Shown in pieces: positions 1-5,566 of a DNA stretch of 5,566 bases; positions within the stretch are counted from its first letter, which is position 1, and each line of letters starts with the position of its first letter. The DNA comes from Amoeboradix gromovi X-113. Lineage: Eukaryota > Fungi > Sanchytriomycota. The notes beneath the pieces were generated by a model. The model did no database searches. It was not told the DNA's origin and worked only from the letters and a program-made list of their open reading frames with translations. The position numbers were made by a program, and so were the translations under genes. The DNA lies in contig JADGIF010000645.1 in assembly GCA_018985225.1 (NCBI GenBank), positions 1 through 5,566 on the forward strand, in the 5' to 3' direction.

Positions 1-123
1 TCTTCTACTTTTATTATGAAGAGGGGATTGAAAGTAATGAAAGAAAATTGGTATAATAGAAGATCTTTTATTAATGACAGTATTTCCTCCTTAGGGAGCA
101 CCTTTAAATACGACTTAGTCTAG
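1..123 (+). pseudogene. 5'-truncated reading frame inside the left repeat (SSTFIMKRGLKVMKENWYNRRSFINDSI...), frameshifted relative to the right copy
   Basis: Frame 1 is open from base 1 to TAG at 121..123. Five codon differences from the right copy before the indel are synonymous (AAG/AAA, AGG/AGA, AAT/AAC, GAC/GAT, AGT/AGC). The product is not identifiable. Confidence 0.4.
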
Positions 124-146
124 TTTTTATATTTGGTGTCCCATAT
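9..146. repeat. Left copy of a diverged inverted repeat (partner 5429..5565); probably the end of a dispersed repeat or transposon family, truncated by the window edge
   Basis: Manual alignment of 9..146 to the reverse complement of 5429..5565 gives 118/138 identical (19 substitutions, one 1-nt indel near 84). It includes a 29-nt exact block TGGTATAATAGAAGATCTTTTATTAATGA (49..77). Similarity stops abruptly after GGTGTCCCATAT. Confidence 0.92.
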
Positions 147-1087
147 TCATAACCTTCAGAATTCAAGGTATTTAAAATACAAGTCTTGTGTCGATGTAAT
201 TGTTATTGATTGCGTTATGGCACTATAAGTATAATATCGTGAATCATATTATTTCTAGACCAAGTCTTTTGACAAATCAAATTGAGCGTTTTGATCAGAA
301 ATAATGCATTTCTACTTTCAACTGATTCAATAAAAGTGCTTGGTTGTGGTCTTCAATGCGTCTCCAGTCTAAATCTATCTCGAGAGCAATCTGAAGTTGC
401 ATCATAAAATCTAAAGAGAAATGAGGTTTAGTCTTATAAAATGCCACCAATTGTTGTGATTGAATGCAACGCTCAAAAAAGATTTCAAGTAGCTTGTGCT
501 GGATTACGATGACCTTGAACCTGCACAGAAAGTATATTTGTCAAATTAATAGTCAAATATTAATTTTGTTTTTCAAAACTTTCTCTGGAAGCTTCACAAA
601 AAGATATCATCATTTGAACCAAAAATTATGTTCCTACAACGATTATTGGTTCTGCTTCAATAATTGTCGTTATAGTTGGGTTTATTTGTACAATAAAGAT
701 TCAAAGGTATATAACCGAGCAAAATTCCAAGCTTGGTAGCGACAGAAGTAATTTCTGAGATGCTCTATAATTACTGACCCTTTTAATGCTTCATTATCTA
801 AAGAGCGGAATTGTCATCGAGAAAATGTAACACCTTAAATTAAACTGCTTATGAGACGCTTACACAGTCACTGCACCCGCCTAATTCCAAATAAGAAACA
901 AAGATGGTTGATCGAAGCTTAATGTTACTGAATGCCTGGTAAAAATGATGAATGGAAAAGCCGCTGTTGATATTACCTATTTAGCTTATCCCGAGCAAGG
1001 AAATGTAGAGTGCTTTGCAAAATTTAGTTATTTCAGTTTTGATAGAAGCGCCAATTTGATTCCATCAATAAAGATTGAATATATTTA

Positions 1088-1093
1088 TTTATT
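1088..1093 (-). terminator. Putative polyadenylation signal AATAAA of 14-3-3
   Basis: AATAAA begins 4 nt after the spliced stop codon (TAA-TTGC-AATAAA). Confidence 0.5.
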
Positions 1094-1097
1094 GCAA

Positions 1098-1956
1098 TTA
1101 TTCATCCTTGTGCTCTTCTTTATCCTTTTCTCCTAAGTCAGCTTTATATACCTTCTTGCAAATCACTGGTCCATAATGTCAAGTTATCTCTTAGCAATTG
1201 CATAATTAGAGTAGAATCCTTGTAGCTCTCCTCGTTGAGTGTGTCCAATTCAGCGATAGCATCATCAAACGCTTGTTTAGCCAAATGACAAGCACGATCA
1301 GGGCTATTCATGATCTCATAATAAAACACTGAGAAGTTTAAAGCTAATCCCAATCGAATAGGATGGGTAGGTGCCAATTCAGTCTGTGCAATCTCTGTGG
1401 CCACTTTATATGATTCGTGTGCTTCTTTGCTTGCCTTTTCGCGCTTATCTCCACCTGCAAATTCAGCTAAATAACGATGGTAATCACCCTTCATCTTATA
1501 ATAGAATACTTTTGACTCACCACTTTCAGAGTGTGGAATCAAATGTTGATCCAAAACAATCAAGATGTCAAGACAGACCTGAGTCAATTCTTCCTCAATT
1601 TTAACGCGATACTGCTTGATCTTGTCTACTTGAGACGCATTGCCTTTAGATTCCTCTTTTTGTTCAATGCTACTTACAATTCGCCATGAAGCCCGTCTAG
1701 CTCCGATTACATTCTTATAAGCAACGCTCAATAAGTTTCTCTCTTCTACGGTCAATTCGGCACCCAACTGTGCAACACTTTTCATGTGGGATACCATCTC
1801 GTCGTATCTTTCAGCTTGTTCGCTCAACTTAGCCATGTAACTACGTTAGCAATAAAGTTAGTCAAGGAGGTCAAGCTGTCAAATTAAATTATCAAATTGT
1901 AGGCTTTTCTGGACCAATTTGACTGCTACATACACATTATGTTCTCGATCAGTCAT
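1098..1956 (-). CDS. BMH1: 14-3-3 protein (BMH1/Rad24/epsilon-like), 248 aa; exons complement(join(1098..1132,1152..1840,1934..1956))
   Basis: Hallmark 14-3-3 motifs are present: AEQAERY-like [66 protein letters not shown] and [22 protein letters not shown]. Splicing restores a typical N-terminus ([13 protein letters not shown]) and an acidic tail ([16 protein letters not shown]). Exon lengths are 23+689+35=747 nt. Confidence 0.96.
1133..1151 (-). other. 19-nt spliceosomal intron (phase 1) in 14-3-3: GTATATAAAGCTGACTTAG
   Basis: It has a GTA donor after GAAG, a CTGAC branch motif and a TAG acceptor. Removal joins a charged/acidic 14-3-3 tail, followed by TAA and AATAAA. Retention gives an in-frame TAA. 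Confidence 0.85.
1841..1933 (-). other. 93-nt spliceosomal intron (phase 2) in 14-3-3: GTATGT...GCTAACGTAG
   Basis: It has a perfect fungal donor GTATGT and a GCTAAC branch point next to the TAG acceptor. Removal gives [13 protein letters not shown], matching the conserved RE..VY.AKL N-terminus of 14-3-3 proteins. Confidence 0.9.
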
Positions 1957-2068
1957 TTTACTATGTTTCAAGGGAATTACATTGAGATTTTTTCAGATTC
2001 CCACATGATTTGTTGCTATTGGAATGGTAAAAAGACAGCTAAAAGAATTCAAGTTTTGAAGATATGTG

Positions 2069-2074
2069 TTTATT
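2069..2074 (-). terminator. Putative polyadenylation signal AATAAA of Rab5
   Basis: AATAAA begins 4 nt after the spliced stop codon (TAA-AAAT-AATAAA). Confidence 0.5.
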
Positions 2075-2078
2075 ATTT

Positions 2079-2643
2079 TTAGCAGTTGCATTCTTCTCTT
2101 CTTTGATCAGCCATGTTAACTGGAGGTTGTTGAACGCGAACATCCCTAGGTAAAAACTCGACTATATTAGCTTAAAGTACCCATGTCTTTAAATATTTCC
2201 TTGACGCCAGTGCCATTCTTAGCACTGCATTCTTTATAATGAATTTTCAGGTCCTTGGCAAGTTCCTCACCACTACATTCTCGAGGTAAGTCAGATTTAT
2301 TGCCTACTAAACAAATAATACACTCTGTATGTTGGTTAACTTCTTGTATCCATTCTTTGGCCTTCTCTAATGTTATTGCGTTGTTAGTATCAAACACGAC
2401 AAGAGCAAGATGAGCATTTCTGTAATACATGGGAGCCAGTGATTTGTATCTCTCTTGACCAGCGGTGTCCCATATCTCGTATTTTAACACTGTACCATCA
2501 TTTGTAGTTACTTGTTGCGTTAAAAATGCAGCTCCAATCGTGGTTTCTTGATACTCATGAAACTGGTCTTTTACAAATCTTAGTACTATAGAACTCTTTC
2601 CAACGGAAGAATCCCCTAACAAAACAACCTTTCTAGAAAGCAT
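2079..2643 (-). CDS. RAB5: Rab5-family small GTPase (Ypt51/Vps21/Ypt5-like), 181 aa; exons complement(join(2079..2161,2181..2643))
   Basis: G-boxes are GDSSVGKS, WDTAGQE, NKSD and ECSAK. The effector loop QETTIGAAFLTQ and YKSLAPMYYRNA are Rab5-specific. The spliced C-terminus VEFLPRDVRVQQPPVNMADQRREECNC* ends in a CxC geranylgeranylation motif. An in-frame TAA directly precedes the ATG. Confidence 0.95.
2162..2180 (-). other. 19-nt spliceosomal intron (phase 1) in Rab5: GTACTTTAAGCTAATATAG
   Basis: It has a GTA donor, a CTAAT branch motif and a TAG acceptor. Removal restores the hypervariable tail and the terminal CNC that a membrane-anchored Rab needs. The unspliced ORF stops inside the intron. 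Confidence 0.92.
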
Positions 2644-3466
2644 TTATTACTCGAGTGTTTCAAATTATTCTCCACATTAGACTGAAATCATACACAAAGA
2701 TTTAGCCCTGTCCTTCCTAAATATGGCATTCATTAAGACGCATAATGATTATCTTATTTGGCTTTTTAACCTAGCTGAGTGCCTACATTTCAATTGAATT
2801 ATTGCTCCAAGGCAATTTAAAGACCTCTTTTATGGGGTTCGCTACATGAAAAACAGACTGGTGGCGAGAGAGGATGAATGCAAGAGGAGATCGCGATTTA
2901 CAAGGTAACCCAAACCCGTAAATGACTCCCTAAAGCGGTATTATGCAAGTCCTATCAGATGTTTTTACTAACGCTAGTGCTAGATTATCAATAATATCAG
3001 AAAACTCAACAGTGCCTATTTTTATCTAAGAGATCTTGTTTTGGTAATATAGTGGCTGTAATTACGACAACCATGTTATTAATAAGTGAGAAATATTTGC
3101 CATGGCGATGGTAGTTGCGAGAGAGAAAGAAGTATCACGGTAAACTAAACAAGGAATTAGTTATACACGAAAGAAAACATTGCTTCTGCTGTCTTCCGAA
3201 TGATAAACCTGACTTATAAACGAAGAGTAATAAGAAACAAAGAGTTTTTGCCTGGAATTTAGACGATATAACGTGAAACTTGTGCTTAGCAGCTAATACT
3301 TGAGACATTTGTTTTAGATATTTGCTCTAGTTTTTGTAGTGTGTCTCATATGCTCAAGAAATATAGAAAGAGGATATACTTGATTCCAATTACCCATTGC
3401 CATGCACCAGAGCCTCATGTAATCCAATTTATTAATTACACGAAATCGAGTAAGCCATCTATTAAG

Positions 3467-5269
3467 ATGTCTAGTGCGCTTACAACAGTCATCGCTTTCT
3501 TTATCTCGTTTATGGTTGTATCTAATGCGTGGAATTTAAGGTCTTCCTATAAACTCAATATACACAATCATGAATTTAAAATTGAAAAGGTTGACAATTA
3601 TTATTTAACGTCTGTGCCTTTTAGACACTCGAAATGCTTCTACCCTTTTGAGAGGTTTTTAACAGATTTTGACAAACATTTATTTATCCAATGCCTTATT
3701 AAAACGGAGTTATTAGATGAAATTGATGCTAAGACAATAGAAGAGGCCAGTTCTTTCTACTCTTCGCACTATGGTCCTCTCCCATCTGAATTTGAATCCT
3801 GGTTTCGTTTCGCAAAGGCTAACCAGTGTAGAATAAACAGATATGACCAATTGAATGCTCAACTACGGCAATTCAAACGAAGTCCAAAAGATTACAAACA
3901 AATTTTAACACTTTTACCTGCTTTTTTTAACAATACCCAGCTCACCAAAATGTCGGTTAAAGATGGGAAGGTAAATATAACAATTAATAGCGATAGAGCA
4001 GCTGCATATGTTCCTATATTCGAAAAAATTCAAGCACTTCTTCCTAATATGAACTTTTTAGTAAATACACATGCTCAGCCTATTATTATGCATAGGAATC
4101 GTTACACAGACGGCTTTTTGGAAGAAAACTCATTGAGCAAGTTTAATCAAAATCCCAGCGGAGTGAACATGATTGATTTGACTGTTCAAAATCCTGACAG
4201 GTCTAACTTCACTTCCACATTGCGTTTAAGAGATTTAATGAGTGAAAGCTGCCGTGCTGACCAATACAGAAATTCCCTAGAACAGGGTTACGGCTTGTTC
4301 ATTAATGCACCAGAGGAGTATCAAACTTTAAATCTATTTCCATTATTGAGCTGGGGCGGTTACCCGGGATGCACCAATGATATTTTAATACCATCTGTGT
4401 ATCACTATGAGTACCGAAAGCTAACTGAAGTTAAATCCGACTATCCATCATGGAAGTATAAAAGCAACACATTGTTATGGCGCGGTGCTACATCTGGCAA
4501 CCCATTCTACAACAATGTCCACATCACATACAAACCTGATCACATCTGTACCGGATATGACGTTTGCACTACAAATCAAACTAGAATTACTAAGCCAGAA
4601 TTATATGCTGACAGAATTTGGTTTTATTCACACAGGCAGCGAGCAGTTACTACTAGCGATCTTTTCCAAGGCATATTAGATATTCAGTTTGTAAACGGGG
4701 CTGAAATGGCGGTAGAGCTTCAAGAAGAAACGTTTAAGTTTTATTCAAAACCATGGCGGTTGTCGTTTTCTCGGTTCTTCAACAGTAAGTTCATTCTAGA
4801 TATTGATGGGAATGGATATTCAGGTAGATTTCTGAAATTGTTACGTGGAAACTCCTTGATATTTGCAGCTCATTATGCAACTGACTGGTTCAGCGACATC
4901 ATTATCCCATTTTATCATTATGTACCGGTAAACATGGGATACGATAAAATAGATTATACAGCAATACCACGAGAAATGAGGGAGGAATTGGTGAGGAAAA
5001 AGTTGCCTAACAAGTTTGACTTTGAGCATAGAGATCCAACTGATAAACATAACACGCCGTTAGGGTACAATGACCTAGCACCAAAAGCTTTGTACTATCA
5101 GAAAAACCTGGACTTTTCTGAAGAAATGGCATTAAGAGGGCAAAAATTTGCAAACCAGTATTTGAGAGAAGAGGATATGGATTGCTTCATATATCGAGCA
5201 CTTATAGAACTGCATGATATACTGAACAAAGAAAATAAAGATGCAAAGCAGCAAAAGGTTAATAAATAG
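3467..5269 (+). CDS. Glycosyltransferase family 90 (CAP10/Cxt1-like, putative xylosyltransferase), about 600 aa, N-terminal signal peptide/anchor, intronless
   Basis: Motifs recognised as fungal GT90/CAP10-type: HYGPLPSEFESWFRFAK...C...YDQ, LPNMNFLVN, DILIPS, WKYK..LLWRGATSG, SHRQR, KFILDIDGNGYSGRFLKLL, PFYHYVPV and GQKFA..YLREEDMDCFIYR. The start is placed at ATG 3467 (AAGATGT), just before the hydrophobic ALTTVIAFFISFMVV. The track's start at 3341 is a GTG, which is unlikely in a eukaryote. Confidence 0.85.
   Translation: MSSALTTVIAFFISFMVVSNAWNLRSSYKLNIHNHEFKIEKVDNYYLTSVPFRHSKCFYPFERFLTDFDKHLFIQCLIKTELLDEIDAKTIEEASSFYSSHYGPLPSEFESWFRFAKANQCRINRYDQLNAQLRQFKRSPKDYKQILTLLPAFFNNTQLTKMSVKDGKVNITINSDRAAAYVPIFEKIQALLPNMNFLVNTHAQPIIMHRNRYTDGFLEENSLSKFNQNPSGVNMIDLTVQNPDRSNFTSTLRLRDLMSESCRADQYRNSLEQGYGLFINAPEEYQTLNLFPLLSWGGYPGCTNDILIPSVYHYEYRKLTEVKSDYPSWKYKSNTLLWRGATSGNPFYNNVHITYKPDHICTGYDVCTTNQTRITKPELYADRIWFYSHRQRAVTTSDLFQGILDIQFVNGAEMAVELQEETFKFYSKPWRLSFSRFFNSKFILDIDGNGYSGRFLKLLRGNSLIFAAHYATDWFSDIIIPFYHYVPVNMGYDKIDYTAIPREMREELVRKKLPNKFDFEHRDPTDKHNTPLGYNDLAPKALYYQKNLDFSEEMALRGQKFANQYLREEDMDCFIYRALIELHDILNKENKDAKQQKVNK
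5261..5266 (+). terminator. Putative polyadenylation signal AATAAA overlapping the last two codons of the GT90 gene
   Basis: The gene ends AAT AAA TAG. Confidence 0.35.
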
Positions 5270-5320
5270 GAGGCTCAGTGACAAAGTGATCTTGTTTAGA
5301 ACATCTTGTGATTCATATTG

Positions 5321-5346
5321 AATAAGCCGTTTAATAAGCCGTTTAA
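5321..5346 (+). repeat. Perfect 12-bp tandem duplication (AATAAGCCGTTT x2 + AA)
   Basis: 5321..5332 and 5333..5344 are identical. Confidence 0.9.
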
Positions 5347-5428
5347 CCTGATAACACAAATTTTCTCAACCCAATGGTTCTTCTAAATAGCAATTTTACT
5401 TGAATAAATAACATTTCCCATTTCTCAT

Positions 5429-5565
5429 ATATGGGACACCAAATATGAAAACTAGACTAACTCGTTTTTAAAGGTGCACCATACGAAGGAATGCTATCAT
5501 TAATAAAAGATCTTCTATTATACCAGTTTTCTTTCATTGATTGTATTCCTCTTTTTAAAATAAAA
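5429..5565. repeat. Right copy of the diverged inverted repeat (partner 9..146), truncated by the window edge
   Basis: Its reverse complement aligns to 9..146 at about 85% identity. The inner boundary reads ATATGGGACACC on the + strand. Confidence 0.92.
5457..5564 (-). CDS. 5'-truncated reading frame inside the right repeat (FILKRGIQSMKENWYNRRSFINDSIPSYGAPLKTS*), unknown product, possibly a mobile-element ORF C-terminus
   Basis: The frame is open from the window end to TAG at 5459..5457. It shares the 16-aa block MKENWYNRRSFINDSI with the left copy, with only synonymous differences. Confidence 0.4.
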   Translation of the reverse strand, partial: FILKRGIQSMKENWYNRRSFINDSIPSYGAPLKTS

Positions 5566-5566
5566 C

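Noticed and set aside
87-124. Helitron-like 3' end (small hairpin CTCC-TTAG-GGAG then CTAG-T)
   Set aside because: The hairpin is not conserved in the right copy, and repeat similarity continues about 23 nt beyond the CTAG.
464-739. 91-aa plus-strand ORF
   Set aside because: It has no recognisable motif and an odd aromatic/Cys-rich composition. Overlapping alternative frames look at least as protein-like.
945-1136. 63-aa plus-strand ORF
   Set aside because: Its hydrophobic end is simply the antisense of the purine-rich last exon of 14-3-3.
1371-1604. 77-aa plus-strand ORF
   Set aside because: It is an antisense shadow within the 14-3-3 CDS.
1144-1836. ORF-track 230-aa 14-3-3 taken as the complete gene
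   Set aside because: It starts at an internal Met of exon 2 and stops inside the 19-nt intron. The spliced model 1098..1956 restores both conserved ends.
2167-2643. Apparent truncated, non-prenylated Rab (158 aa), or a frameshift/assembly error
   Set aside because: The 19-nt segment has GT, CTAAT and TAG signals and matches the other tiny intron in length and consensus. Splicing restores a CxC end.
2690-2745. Faint resemblance to the U6 snRNA core (ATACACAAAGATTTAGC)
   Set aside because: It lacks the invariant ACAGAGA box, a convincing internal stem-loop and a T-run terminator at the expected distance.
2681-2842. Kinase-like words in a broken plus-strand frame (IIHKDLA, IAPRQF, DLFYGV)
   Set aside because: There is no HRD, DFG or APE, the motif spacing is wrong and the frame has an internal stop, so it is probably coincidence.
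3341-3466. 42-aa N-terminal extension of the GT90 ORF
   Set aside because: It begins at GTG, and ATG 3467 directly precedes the signal/anchor helix. The in-frame ATG at 3350 cannot be strictly excluded.
4485-5359. Short ORFs 4485..4679 (+), 4841..5050 (-) and 5132..5359 (-)
   Set aside because: They are out-of-frame or antisense shadows of the GT90 CDS.
1-5566. Prokaryotic, nucleomorph or ciliate-code origin; CRISPR, tRNA or rRNA features
   Set aside because: Spliceosomal introns and Rab5/14-3-3/GT90 indicate a eukaryotic nuclear genome. TAA and TAG act as stops. No repeat-spacer array or structured RNA gene was seen.

Overview
This AT-rich window is eukaryotic and fungal-like, and it reads in the standard genetic code. 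It holds three host-type genes. A 14-3-3 gene lies on the minus strand (3 exons, 248 aa), a Rab5/Ypt51-type GTPase on the minus strand (2 exons, 181 aa, ending in a CxC prenylation motif), and an intronless GT90/CAP10-family glycosyltransferase on the plus strand (about 600 aa). The ORF track truncates both minus-strand genes because each carries a 19-nt GT-AG intron near its 3' end (GTATATAAAGCTGACTTAG and GTACTTTAAGCTAATATAG). These introns keep a fungal-type CTRAY branch point fused to the 3' TAG, as does a 93-nt intron in 14-3-3. The ultra-short introns are the most striking signal. Second, the two window ends are diverged inverted copies (about 138 bp, about 85% identical) of one repeat. 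The repeat looks like the 3' end of a coding sequence with a sharp inner boundary and contains an invariant 20-bp palindrome. All gene models are read by hand from the sequence and lack transcript confirmation.
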